DNA from: Candidatus Krumholzibacteriota bacterium
GTDB taxonomy: Bacteria > Krumholzibacteriota > Krumholzibacteriia > JAJRXK01
DNA length: 64,000 nt
NCBI GenBank assembly: GCA_963806035.1
Contig: CAWDWO010000035.1
Location: forward strand, 1-64,000
Direction: 5' to 3'
In this document: in pieces, positions 9,567 to 19,248 of the stretch
Layout: each line of letters starts with the position of its first letter
Numbering within the stretch: the first letter of the stretch is position 1
The notes under the pieces: generated by a model
What the model was told of the DNA's origin: nothing
Databases searched by the model: none
Seen by the model: only the letters and a program-made list of their open reading frames with translations
Program-made: the position numbers and the translations under genes

Positions 9567-11606
9567 ATGCACCACGCATCCAATTCGCGCGGGCCAGGCC
9601 TCACCGCCCTCGCGTCGCTTTTCTTTTGTCTCGTCCTGCTGGCTCCCCCGCTCCTCGCGGTGGAACTGCGCACGATTCCGGGTGGAGTGCACGGCGAGTT
9701 CCCCGCGCAATTCTCGACCAAGATGGGGACCACCGGCATGACGGGGACGGGCAAGATCGCCACCGTCAACCAGACCTATTACGACGTTCAGCACTACGAT
9801 CTCTATCTCGAGCCATCCTTCGGCGATCAGACCATTCAGGGTACGGTTCGCATCGACCTGAAGAGCCTGGTCGACGGACTCACCGATCTGGAATTCGATC
9901 TCTTCCAGAATCTTCAGGGTACCGGCGCGCACGATGACCAGGGCAATCCGCTGAGCTTCACGCACGAGAACGATCTCTTGACGGTGCAGCTCGACACGCC
10001 TCTGTTCACCGGGGACACCATGAGTGTCACCATCGACTACGAAGGCTCGCCCGAGCCGGTCGGCTTTCTGGGGATGCAGTACCTTTTGCACGATGGCACG
10101 CCGATCCTCGCCACCCTGAGCGAGCCCTACTATTCGCGCTCGTGGTGGCCCTGCAAGGATCTCCCCGACGACAAGGCCACCGTCAAACTCACCCTGCTCG
10201 CGCCGCCCGGATACTATTGCGCGGGCAACGGGGTGCTGACCGCGGAGGAGGTACTGCCCAACAATGGCGGCACTCTCTTCACCTGGGAAGAGAACTACCC
10301 CATGAGCTCCTACAACGTGTCGGTCGCGGTGACCAACTACGTGGGTTGGACCGAGAACTGGACGAGCCCGAGCGGAAAGCAAATGACGCTCGAGTACAAG
10401 GTCTTCCCCGAAGACCTCAACAAGGCCCTCGTCGACTTCGCTTCCACCAAGGAGATGCTCGACCTCTACTCCACCCTCTTCGGGGAGTACCCCTTCGTCG
10501 ACGACAAGTACGGCATGGCCGAATTCATTTTCGACGGAGCCATGGAACATCAGACCATGACGAGCTATGGCCAATCGCTCATCACCGGCGACAACTTCTA
10601 CGAAACCCTTGTCGGCCACGAGCTCTCGCATCAGTGGTTCGGGAATCTGGTCACCGTCAAGGACTGGAACGAGGTGTGGCTGCACGAAGGCTTCGCGACC
10701 TACGCCGAAGCGCTCTGGGTGGAGTACAAGTATGGCTGGAACGAGTACCACCACTTCATGCGCTCACATTCTGCAGCGCAGATCGGATTCTACGGCCCGG
10801 TGAGTCCCCCTACCCCGCTCTTTGGAGGCACCGTCTACCAGAAGGGGGCCTGGATTCTGCACATGCTGCGCCACATGATCGGCGACAACGATTTCTTCCA
10901 GGTGCTCAAGACCTACGCCGCCTCGCCCAACCTGCACTACGGCGCGGCCAGGATCTCCGATTTCATCTCCGTCGCGGAGTCGGTTTCGGGCACCGAGCTG
11001 TCCTGGTTCTTCGACGAGTGGCTCTACCGGGTGGGCCGTCCCGAGTATGACGTCAGCTGGAGAACCGAGAATCTGGGAGAGAGCTACAAGGTGGTGGTCA
11101 CCATCGAGCAGGTGCAGGACGGAGAGAGCTATCGCATGCCGCTGGATTTCGAAGTGGACACTGCAGTGGGCTCGCAGACCTTCACGGTGTGGAACGACGG
11201 CACGTACCAGGTCGCATCCTTCATCGTCTCCGCCGAGCCCACCGACGTACGCCTCGATCCGAAAGACTGGGTGCTGCGCTGGAACCAGAATCCCGACATC
11301 GCCACCGCGGTGCCGCAGCTGACACAGGCCCGCCTCTCGCTCTTGCCCAACGTTCCCAATCCCTTCAATCCCAGCACGCGCTTGCGCTTCACCCTTCCGG
11401 GGCAGCTGCCCGTCCAACTGCGGATTGTGGATGCCCGCGGGCGCGTCGTGCGGAGCTTTCCCACCGAATCGATGACGCAGGGCGAGCACGAACTCGTCTG
11501 GCAGGGCCGCGATGACCGCGGGAATCCGGTGGCTTCGGGAGTCTATACCGTGGTGCTGCAGGGAGCAGAGCAGTCCGCCGCGCAGAGAATCACCCTGGTC
11601 AAGTAG
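9567..11606 (+). CDS. Secreted M1 family zinc aminopeptidase with C-terminal FlgD-Ig/T9SS-like sorting domain
   Basis: Signal peptide; GAMEH; HELSH-x18-E (WLHEGFA); YQKG; C-terminal PNPFNPST...WQGRDDRG..VASGVY...ITLVK. Confidence 0.93.
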   Translation: MHHASNSRGPGLTALASLFFCLVLLAPPLLAVELRTIPGGVHGEFPAQFSTKMGTTGMTGTGKIATVNQTYYDVQHYDLYLEPSFGDQTIQGTVRIDLKSLVDGLTDLEFDLFQNLQGTGAHDDQGNPLSFTHENDLLTVQLDTPLFTGDTMSVTIDYEGSPEPVGFLGMQYLLHDGTPILATLSEPYYSRSWWPCKDLPDDKATVKLTLLAPPGYYCAGNGVLTAEEVLPNNGGTLFTWEENYPMSSYNVSVAVTNYVGWTENWTSPSGKQMTLEYKVFPEDLNKALVDFASTKEMLDLYSTLFGEYPFVDDKYGMAEFIFDGAMEHQTMTSYGQSLITGDNFYETLVGHELSHQWFGNLVTVKDWNEVWLHEGFATYAEALWVEYKYGWNEYHHFMRSHSAAQIGFYGPVSPPTPLFGGTVYQKGAWILHMLRHMIGDNDFFQVLKTYAASPNLHYGAARISDFISVAESVSGTELSWFFDEWLYRVGRPEYDVSWRTENLGESYKVVVTIEQVQDGESYRMPLDFEVDTAVGSQTFTVWNDGTYQVASFIVSAEPTDVRLDPKDWVLRWNQNPDIATAVPQLTQARLSLLPNVPNPFNPSTRLRFTLPGQLPVQLRIVDARGRVVRSFPTESMTQGEHELVWQGRDDRGNPVASGVYTVVLQGAEQSAAQRITLVK

Positions 11607-11633
11607 CCAGAAGCTACCCCAAGCTTCGGGAGG

Positions 11634-11812
11634 GGGTGCGGGCCGGCCAACTGTGTCGAGTTCATGCCCCAGTGGACTCGACCAATGACCTGACTTGGGG
11701 GGTGCCGGCTGAACACCCGAGGTGTCCGTCGAACGAGGGCCCCCTTCCGTCTGGCGCTCTGACAGGGATCGACCCTGAAGCTTGTCCGTGCACTTCAGCC
11801 GGACCCGCACCC
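11634..11812 (-). ncRNA. Candidate ~180-nt multi-stem structured RNA (IS110 non-coding end/bridge-RNA-like; 6S as alternative)
   Basis: Closing stem GGGTGCGGG(T)CCGG/CCGGCCCGCACCC encloses hairpins at 11655-11682, 11711-11727 and 11775-11798; no convincing ORF. Confidence 0.45.
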
Positions 11813-12413
11813 AATCCAACCCGATTGCAGCGGAGGGAACTGTGGAGACGAACGGTCCCTGAGAGGGTCACCCCTCCCGTTCGCCTCCCAGATTCCCACC
11901 TGGGGCCGCGTGAGGGATGACGCCGAGGGCCGGATCATGCAAACGACTCCAACGAGAACCGGCGCAGGGAGCAGAGCCAACGCGGAACCCAAGCAATCAA
12001 CTCCTGAAGAGCTGCGCGACGAGTGGCGTGACGCCTCACAACAGGCACACGCACGGCCCCACTCTTCAGAGTTCGCGAGTCTCTAGGGAAATTTCGGGCC
12101 TGGGGCGAGACTCAGGGCACCTGGTCAACCGAGCAGTCTCGCGACATCGCGCCTCGTGAAACTTCCGGCCTTCGAAAAGGCCAGACTCGCTTCGATGGAC
12201 AAAGACGTCGCCGGTGACTCGGGTGGGGAACGCTCCAGGTCCGCTTGGGTGTGTGGCGAGTGGTGCAAACGCGGGGCTTGGAGTCCCCTCGTCTCCGTGG
12301 AGGGAATGGTTTGGCAGACGAGCAGTGGATAGACAAACAAGTCTACTTCACCATGCGCTCCTACTGGCAAGCTACGAAGGGCTACTCGTGGGCGTCAACC
12401 CCCCCAGGCGATT

Positions 12414-13262
12414 CTAGCGTAGCTGGCGGGCGAGCCACTCGGAGCTCAGCCGCAGCGCCTCTTCAAGGGCAGGCGTGGTGCCGGCGAAAGGGTGGACGGC
12501 GTTGAAGGTGTGGCCCGCGCCCTGGATTTTCACCATGCGACAGTGTTCGCTCTCGGGACGGCCCGCGCGCAGCGCTTCCGCGTTGCTCGGATCGACGGCG
12601 AGGTCCTTTTCCGCCTGCACGATGAGATGGGCGGCCCGCATCGACTGCACCGCCGCCGCCAGATCGTAGCGCTGCGCGTTGGCGCGCGCGTCCTGCACCA
12701 GCTCGAACCCGACCGCCATGCGCTGCTGAGTTCTGGAGTTCACGAACTCCATTCTGCCCTTCTCTTCCCATTCCTTCAGCTGACGTTCGCTGTAGTGCAG
12801 CGCGCTCGAGATGCCGTTCCAAGTGACGAGCGCGGTGATGGTGGGATCCTCGTTGGCAACCACGATGGCGCTCAGTGCTCCCCGGCTGTGCGCGAGAAGA
12901 CCGAGATTGGATCGACGCGCAGCGGCACTGAGCGGCGCTTCCGCGCGCAACCAGGCCACGACGCGCTGCAAGTCGTCGATTTCGTGTGCGTAGGTATTGC
13001 GCTCGAAGAGATCCAGGCGGTCGAATTCTCCCGGGCGTTCGCCGACGCCGTTGAGGGAGAAGTCGAAGCACGCGCTGGCGAATCCATCGGACGCGAGCGA
13101 GCGCCCCAGGTGCGGGAAGAAGCCCCAGTCCTTGAAACCCTTGAAGCCATGCACGATGACGACGATGCCCCGCGGCTCCCCTTCGGCCGGTAGGCGCAAG
13201 TCCACACGCAGGGCCAGTCCCTCACTACTCTTCAGTTCGTGCTGGCTCTCCTTCAGCTTCAT
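12414..13262 (-). CDS. Alpha/beta hydrolase (S9/dienelactone hydrolase-like)
   Basis: VHGFKGFKDWGFFP, nucleophile elbow AHSRG, D.AV and GAGHTF. Confidence 0.88.
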   Translation of the reverse strand: MKLKESQHELKSSEGLALRVDLRLPAEGEPRGIVVIVHGFKGFKDWGFFPHLGRSLASDGFASACFDFSLNGVGERPGEFDRLDLFERNTYAHEIDDLQRVVAWLRAEAPLSAAARRSNLGLLAHSRGALSAIVVANEDPTITALVTWNGISSALHYSERQLKEWEEKGRMEFVNSRTQQRMAVGFELVQDARANAQRYDLAAAVQSMRAAHLIVQAEKDLAVDPSNAEALRAGRPESEHCRMVKIQGAGHTFNAVHPFAGTTPALEEALRLSSEWLARQLR

Positions 13263-13318
13263 CCCTACCATCCTTTCGCCAATTCGCGGAAATCCATTTC
13301 GAATGAGAAAGATACTCG

Positions 13319-13999
13319 ATGCGATCGACTTCCACTCCCCAGGCCATGTTCTTCGATCTGGACGGAACCCTGGTGGATTCCCGGCGCGCCATCGTGCGCG
13401 CGGTCGCTCAGGGCGTGCAGACGGTGCTGCAGCGGCACGAGATCACGGGCCAGTCGCCCGACGAACACGCCATCATGGATGCCATGGGGCTCCCCCCGGT
13501 CGAATACTACCGCCGTATCCTTCCCCCTGAGCTTGCGCATCTGGCCCAAGAGGTCAAGGAGAGCGCCACCGCGACCGAGGTCGAAGTCCTGGCCAAAGGC
13601 GAGGGCAAGTTGTATCCCGCCGTGGAAGAGACCCTGAGGGAGCTGCGCGCGAGCGGAGTCCGGCTGGCCATCGTGAGCAATGCGCAAGAGCCCTATTTTC
13701 GCGCCTGCTTGCGCTACCTGGGTCTCTCCGCTCTCGTCGAACATGCCGAATGTCACGAAGAACTCCCCGAAGGAGTCGAAGGCGGTAAGCCGGTGCTTCT
13801 GCGCCGCGCGTTGCAAGCGCTGAGAGTGGAAGCGAAAAGCGGCGTGATGGTCGGCGACCGACGCGAGGACATCGCAGCCGGCCGAGAGTTGGGGTGTCGA
13901 ACTGTCGGCTTGAGCTACGGCTTCGCCCGCGAGGGAGAACTGGCGCAGGCCGACCACCTCTTCGGAGAGTTTCGACGCCTTCTGGAACTGCTCGACTGA
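13319..13999 (+). CDS. HAD-superfamily hydrolase (phosphoglycolate phosphatase-like)
   Basis: FDLDGTLVDS, IVSN, KP and MVGDRREDI motifs. Confidence 0.9.
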   Translation: MRSTSTPQAMFFDLDGTLVDSRRAIVRAVAQGVQTVLQRHEITGQSPDEHAIMDAMGLPPVEYYRRILPPELAHLAQEVKESATATEVEVLAKGEGKLYPAVEETLRELRASGVRLAIVSNAQEPYFRACLRYLGLSALVEHAECHEELPEGVEGGKPVLLRRALQALRVEAKSGVMVGDRREDIAAGRELGCRTVGLSYGFAREGELAQADHLFGEFRRLLELLD

Positions 14000-14009
14000 A
14001 AGCGCACGC

Positions 14010-15227
14010 TCAGGCCACACCGAGGTGCTCGCGCAAGCGCTCCAGTCCCTCCGCGGCGGGGCCCTCGAAGCTGCCCTGCGCGCGCTGCGCCTGACCCCCT
14101 CCCTTGCCACCCAAGAGCTGCAGCCCCTGGCTCAAGAGTTTCCCGCAGTGCAGGAAGTCCAGCCCCTCTCCGCGCGCGAGCAGCACGCGCGTGCGCTCCC
14201 CCTGGGGCGCGGCCAGCAGCAGCAGCAGATCGTCTTCCTCGCTCAAGGCGTTGGCGACTTCGCTGAGCGCGCCGGCCAGAGACACAGGGAGAACGCGCGT
14301 CAGTACCCTGAGCGGAGTGCTTTCGAGTTGGCGTGGTTGGGCTTGCGCCAGCCAGCTTCGGGCGCTGAGAGCCGCCAGCTGTGCCGCCAATTCCGCGGCC
14401 TGCTTGGTCTTGGACTTGGCTTCCTCGCGCAGACCCTCGACCACCGCCTCCAGTTCGGCGTCGCCGGTGGTCAGAAGCCGTCCCAGGCGAGCCACCAGCC
14501 GATCGCGCGAGCGCCGGTAATCCTGCGCGCGTCGTCCGCAGAGGAAGTGAAGGCGGATCCCGCCGCGCACCTTCTCCTTTCCCGTGATCGCGATGAGCCC
14601 GATCTCCGCCGTGTTGGCGCAATGGGTCCCGCCACAGGCATTGCGATCGAAGCCCTCGATCTCGATCACGCGCAGCTCGTTCTGTCCGGGGGGAATCTTG
14701 CCGCGGTCGATGCTGTCGGCATCGGCTGGATCGCGAAAGCGCACGCGCACCGTTCGCGCCTCTTGCACCACCCGGTTCGCCGCGTCTTCCACGGCATCCA
14801 GAGTGTCGAATTCGAGATCCTCTTGAAGCTCCAGGTCCAGGGTGTTCCCGCTCTCTCCCAGACGAGAACTCACGGTGCTCAATCCCAGCATGTTCTCGAT
14901 GGTGCGCGAGAGGACGTGCTGTCCGGTGTGCTGCTGGCGGTGACTCGCCCGACGTTCTTCATCCACTTCCCCCTGCACGCGCATGCCGACTTTCCACTCG
15001 GGCCGGCCCGCGATGAAATGGATGAGCTCCCCCTCCTCCTCCTGCACGTCCACCACTTCCACCCCGTCCAGGGTGCCGCGATCGGCCATCTGCCCGCCAC
15101 TCTCGGGATAGAAGTAGCTACCGTCGAGACGAACCCGCGACAGCCCCTGCGCGGCGGATTCGAGCCCGGTGAGCGTGGCCTCGAAGCGGCAGCGGTAGGA
15201 ATCGCGATAATAGAGTCGTTCGGTCAT
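14010..15227 (-). CDS. Alanyl-tRNA editing protein (AlaX family) with DHHA1 domain
   Basis: TERLYY, FYPESGGQ..D.G, QQHTGQH, CGGTH and C-terminal GGKGGG. Confidence 0.9.
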   Translation of the reverse strand: MTERLYYRDSYRCRFEATLTGLESAAQGLSRVRLDGSYFYPESGGQMADRGTLDGVEVVDVQEEEGELIHFIAGRPEWKVGMRVQGEVDEERRASHRQQHTGQHVLSRTIENMLGLSTVSSRLGESGNTLDLELQEDLEFDTLDAVEDAANRVVQEARTVRVRFRDPADADSIDRGKIPPGQNELRVIEIEGFDRNACGGTHCANTAEIGLIAITGKEKVRGGIRLHFLCGRRAQDYRRSRDRLVARLGRLLTTGDAELEAVVEGLREEAKSKTKQAAELAAQLAALSARSWLAQAQPRQLESTPLRVLTRVLPVSLAGALSEVANALSEEDDLLLLLAAPQGERTRVLLARGEGLDFLHCGKLLSQGLQLLGGKGGGQAQRAQGSFEGPAAEGLERLREHLGVA

Positions 15228-15402
15228 GGGCCTTGCATCCTTCCCTCGACGAGATCCCCGGGCGGGGGCGCCGCAGGCCCCAACTGCCCCTGAAGCCTCT
15301 ACTATAGGCCATAGAGCGCATTCTGGCTTGATCTGGCTGCGCAGCTTGCTTAGACTGAAAGCAAGCGTGGAGAAAGAGGTCTTGGGCTCGCCTTTTGTTG
15401 AT

Positions 15403-15421
15403 ATTGATTTGCAATTTCAAT
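15403..15421. promoter_or_regulatory. Fur-box-like palindrome upstream of feoA
   Basis: ATTGA-TTTGCAATT-TCAAT, an AT-rich island in GC-rich DNA; its reverse complement matches the box at 20285-20303 at 15/19 positions. Confidence 0.75.
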
Positions 15422-15508
15422 TGTACTAGGCTAGCTTGAGATCGCTCAGGGGGAGACGGCACGGGGCGCTCAGCTCCCCGGGCCCTTACGCGGAGGATTG
15501 GCGGCACC

Positions 15509-15730
15509 ATGACCCTCGACCAACTCAAACCAGGAGAACGCGGCGTCGTGACGGGCTGGACACGGGACGAACCCCCGAGTCGGCTCCTGGAGATGGGTCT
15601 GCTGCAAGGCACCCTGCTGGAGATCATCCGTCTCGCCCCCCTCGGCGACCCGATCGACATCCGTATTCGTGGCTACCACCTCTCTCTGCGCAAACACGAG
15701 GCCGGACTCGTCGAAGTGCAACCTGTCTGA
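15509..15730 (+). CDS. feoA: Ferrous iron transport protein A
   Basis: RLLEMGL..GT, APLGDPI, LSLRK.EA; GGAGGA RBS. Confidence 0.93.
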   Translation: MTLDQLKPGERGVVTGWTRDEPPSRLLEMGLLQGTLLEIIRLAPLGDPIDIRIRGYHLSLRKHEAGLVEVQPV

Positions 15731-15737
15731 GATTTCC

Positions 15738-17888
15738 ATGCGTTGGACAGCCGGCGGTACCGCCCCCACCCTTTCAGCAGCAGCCAAGGCAGCGCGTCTC
15801 GTCGCTCTGGCCGGCAATCCCAACGTGGGCAAGACCACCGTCTTCAACCAGCTCACGGGGCTCCGCCAGAAAGTCGGCAACTACCCCGGTGTCACCGTGG
15901 AGCGCAAAGTCGGCCAGGTCGCGACCGGAGGCTCGCGCGCGGTCCAGATCGTGGACGTCCCCGGGACCTACAGCCTGAATCCACGCTCTCTGGATGAGGA
16001 AATCGCCTACCGGGTGCTGGTGGGGGAAATGCAGGGACAGGAACGTCCCGACTTGGTCGTCTGCGTGGTGGACGCCGGCAACCTCGAGCGCAATCTCTAT
16101 TTGACCAGCCAGGTTCTGGACCTGGGAATCCCCACCATCATCGCCCTCAACATGACCGACTCCTCCGAGCGCGAGGGCGTCTTCGTCGATGCAGGAGCTC
16201 TCTCGCGTGAACTCGGGGTGCCGGTCTATCCTCTGGCCGCGAGTAGCGGCAAGGGGATCGAGGCCCTCAAGCAAGGGCTCTGCGCCGAACTTCCCAGCGT
16301 CCCGCCGCGGCGCTGGAAGATGCCGGCCGCGTTGCAGAAGGAAGTCGATCACCTGGCGCAGCGTCTTTCGGTCGACGTGCCCCAGCTCTCGGCCTCGATG
16401 CGTTTCGCGGATGCCCTCAGGGCCTTGGCCAACACCACGGCGCCCCGCTTCGAGACTCACCATTCCGCCGAGTTTTGGCAGGAAGTCGATGCCGCGCGGG
16501 AACGCCTGCGGGCGCAGGGCACGCTCTACGAGCAGGAGGAGATCATCGCGCGCTACCAGTGGATCACTCCTTTGGCCGAGCGCGTGGTACAGATCCGACG
16601 GAAAGACGGTCACCGCAGCGTGAGCGAAAGAATCGACTCCGTCCTGACGCACCGCTACCTCGGGCCCGCGTTCTTTCTGGCGGTTCTGCTCGTGGTCTTC
16701 CAGGCGGTATTCAGCTGGGCCGCGCCCTTCATGAACTGGATCGAGGGCGGGATGAGCTGGCTGTCCGCGCTGGCCGCGAATCATCTGCCGCCGGGACTCG
16801 TGCGCGGTTTGGTCATCGATGGAGTGCTCGCGGGCGTGGGTGGCGTTCTGGTCTTCTTGCCGCAGATTCTGCTGCTCTTTTTCTTCCTGGGTCTCTTGGA
16901 GGACACCGGGTACATGGCCCGCGTCGCCTTCATCATGGACCGCCCCATGCGCAAAGTGGGCCTCAGCGGCCGCTCGGTGGTGCCACTGATCTCCTCCTAC
17001 GCCTGCGCGGTGCCGGGGATCATGGCCACGCGCACCATGGACAGCCAGCGCGACCGTCTGGTCACCATGATGGTCGCTCCCTTCATGACCTGCAGCGCGC
17101 GATTGCCGGTCTACGCGCTGGTGATTTCCGCCTTCGTCCCCGCAACCGGACACTTCGGCTTCGTCAGCTACCAGGCCCTCACTCTGATGACTCTGTACCT
17201 TTTGGGGACGGGGATGGCGGTGCTCGCGGCCGCGTTCCTGCGCAATCGCCTCATCAAGGGCTCCTCCTCCACTTTCGTGATGGAGCTGCCCTCTTACCAT
17301 CGGCCCCGGCTGCGTGACGTCGCCTGGCGCATGTCCGAGCGCGCCAAGATCTTCCTGACCCGGGCGGGGACCATCATTCTTGCCGTGAGCATCGTCCTCT
17401 GGTTCTTGGCCGCCTTCCCGCAAACGAAGAGCGACGCGCCGAACGCTCAGGTCGATTCCAGCACCCAGCTCGCGAATTCCTACATGGGTCGCGCCGGCCA
17501 CCTCTGGGAACCCATGCTGAAGCCGCTCGGCTTCGACTGGAAGATCGGCGTGGCGCTGCTCTCCTCCTTCGCCGCGCGCGAGGTGGTGGTGAGCGCTCTG
17601 GGCACCATCTACAGCGTGGGTGACTCCTCGAATGACGTGTCGTCCTTGAAGGAGCGCCTCAAAGCAGACACCTATCCCGACGGCACGCGCGTGTGGTCCC
17701 CCCTGGTCGCGGCCAGCCTGTTGATGTTCTTCGTGCTGGCCTGCCAGTGCATGTCGACCCTGGCGGTGGTGAAGCGGGAGACGAATAGCTGGCGGTGGCC
17801 GATCTTCATGTGGACCTACATGTTCGCTCTGGCCTGGATCGCATCCTTCGCGGTCTACCAGGGCGGGCTTCTTCTCGGTTGGGGGTGA
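15738..17888 (+). CDS. feoB: Ferrous iron transport protein B
   Basis: GNPNVGKT, VGNYPGVTVE, DVPGTYSL and NMTD GTPase motifs; membrane domain LEDTGYMAR, CAVP, CSARLP, QC. Start uncertain (ATG 15738). Confidence 0.96.
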   Translation: MRWTAGGTAPTLSAAAKAARLVALAGNPNVGKTTVFNQLTGLRQKVGNYPGVTVERKVGQVATGGSRAVQIVDVPGTYSLNPRSLDEEIAYRVLVGEMQGQERPDLVVCVVDAGNLERNLYLTSQVLDLGIPTIIALNMTDSSEREGVFVDAGALSRELGVPVYPLAASSGKGIEALKQGLCAELPSVPPRRWKMPAALQKEVDHLAQRLSVDVPQLSASMRFADALRALANTTAPRFETHHSAEFWQEVDAARERLRAQGTLYEQEEIIARYQWITPLAERVVQIRRKDGHRSVSERIDSVLTHRYLGPAFFLAVLLVVFQAVFSWAAPFMNWIEGGMSWLSALAANHLPPGLVRGLVIDGVLAGVGGVLVFLPQILLLFFFLGLLEDTGYMARVAFIMDRPMRKVGLSGRSVVPLISSYACAVPGIMATRTMDSQRDRLVTMMVAPFMTCSARLPVYALVISAFVPATGHFGFVSYQALTLMTLYLLGTGMAVLAAAFLRNRLIKGSSSTFVMELPSYHRPRLRDVAWRMSERAKIFLTRAGTIILAVSIVLWFLAAFPQTKSDAPNAQVDSSTQLANSYMGRAGHLWEPMLKPLGFDWKIGVALLSSFAAREVVVSALGTIYSVGDSSNDVSSLKERLKADTYPDGTRVWSPLVAASLLMFFVLACQCMSTLAVVKRETNSWRWPIFMWTYMFALAWIASFAVYQGGLLLGWG

Positions 17889-17893
17889 AGCGG

Positions 17894-18091
17894 ATGAACG
17901 TCCTTCAGTACATCATCGTGATCCCTCTGGTGATCCTGGCGCTGCTCTACGCCGCGCGTCACGTGCTGCGCCAGTTCAATGCCGCCGATGAAGATTTCAG
18001 CGAGGGTGGCGGCGGGTGTTCGAATTGCGCCGCGAATCCGATCTCACGCAAACGGAAGAGGGGCCATCCCTCACACGGCCACTCGAGTTAA
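17894..18091 (+). CDS. FeoB-associated Cys-rich small membrane protein
   Basis: Single TM helix followed by GGGGCSNC, directly after feoB. Confidence 0.7.
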   Translation: MNVLQYIIVIPLVILALLYAARHVLRQFNAADEDFSEGGGGCSNCAANPISRKRKRGHPSHGHSS

Positions 18092-19222
18092 AGCCGGAGA
18101 AATCCGCGCCAAAATCTCGTAGTGAATCGTGCCCGCCCATTCCGCCAGCGTCTCGGCCGCCAGCGTCTCCCCGTTTTGACTCCCCAAGAGAACCGCTTCC
18201 TCTCCCAGCTGAACCGTGGAGAGGTGCGTGACGTCGACCATCATCAGATTCATGCAGATGCGACCGCGCACGGGGCAGCGTTTGCCCTGCACGAGCACGT
18301 GAGCGCGGCCCGACATGTTCCGTGAATAACCATCCGCATAGCCAACGGGAAGCAGGGCCAATCGGGTTTCGACCTCGGCTTTGTCGGTGCAGCCGTAGCC
18401 GATGTAACTTCCCGCCGGCACCGTCTTGAGCTGCGCCACTCTGGCCTTCCAGCTGAGGGCGGGTTTGATGTCCAGCTCTTGAGCCGAGCTTCCCTTGCGA
18501 GCCGAGACCAGAGTGGGCGAGCTGGGCCAGTAGCCGTAGGCCGCGATTCCGATGCGCGCGAGATCCATGAAGCGCGAGGGAAAGAGGATCGCGGCCGCGC
18601 TGCAGCTCATGTGGACCGACTGTGGATGGAGTCCTGCGCGTTCGATTTCAGCCAGGATCTCCTCGAAGACGCGCGATTGCTCCTCGGCGTAACTGTGGTC
18701 GGTGGTATCCTCGATGTTGGCGTAGTGACTGTGAACTCCAGCGAGTTCGAGCCCCGCCTCACGCTTGATCACGGCAAGACATTCCGCCAACTCGCCACGC
18801 GTCACGCCCTGCCGCCAGGTTCCCGTTTCCACTTTGAGGTGCAGCTTGGCGGGATATCCGATCTTCGCCGCCGCCGCGGCGAGCTCCCGTAGACGCTGTG
18901 CGTCGTAGACCGTCAGGTTGAAACCGGCCTCGATTGCCCCCTGCAGTTCCTGGTCGCCCAGAGGTCCCAAAATCAGGATGCGCTGGCCGAGGGCCAGCTT
19001 GGCCAGGCGGCAGGCTTCGTCGAAGGAATGCACGCAGAACCAGGACGCTCCCCCGGCGGCGAAAGCGCGCGCGGCGAGCTCGAGCTCATGGCCGTAGGCG
19101 TTGCTCTTGACCACGGGCGCCAAGGCGGTGCTCGCAGGAAGGTGTTTGGCGAAGGCGCGCAGGTTCCTCGTCAGGACCTCGGTCTTTACCTCGACCCACT
19201 GCAGTCCCTTGCTCGCGGACAT
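18071..19222 (-). CDS. alr: Alanine racemase
   Basis: VVKSNAYGH (PLP lysine), HLKVETG..R.G, GYADG, GRICM, TIHYE. Confidence 0.95.
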   Translation of the reverse strand: MSASKGLQWVEVKTEVLTRNLRAFAKHLPASTALAPVVKSNAYGHELELAARAFAAGGASWFCVHSFDEACRLAKLALGQRILILGPLGDQELQGAIEAGFNLTVYDAQRLRELAAAAAKIGYPAKLHLKVETGTWRQGVTRGELAECLAVIKREAGLELAGVHSHYANIEDTTDHSYAEEQSRVFEEILAEIERAGLHPQSVHMSCSAAAILFPSRFMDLARIGIAAYGYWPSSPTLVSARKGSSAQELDIKPALSWKARVAQLKTVPAGSYIGYGCTDKAEVETRLALLPVGYADGYSRNMSGRAHVLVQGKRCPVRGRICMNLMMVDVTHLSTVQLGEEAVLLGSQNGETLAAETLAEWAGTIHYEILARISPALTRVAV

Positions 19223-19248
19223 CCGTGTCTCCTCGCCTCTGCGCTGCG

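Noticed and set aside
12020..12070. EEWGRACACC on the minus strand as an HNH/IscB remnant
   Set aside because: No downstream HNH residues, no start codon, and too short to support
11607..12413. tmRNA, RNase P RNA, tRNA, group II intron or CRISPR array in the large gap
   Set aside because: No GAGGAAAGUCC, tRNA-like ends, domain V, or regularly spaced direct repeats found
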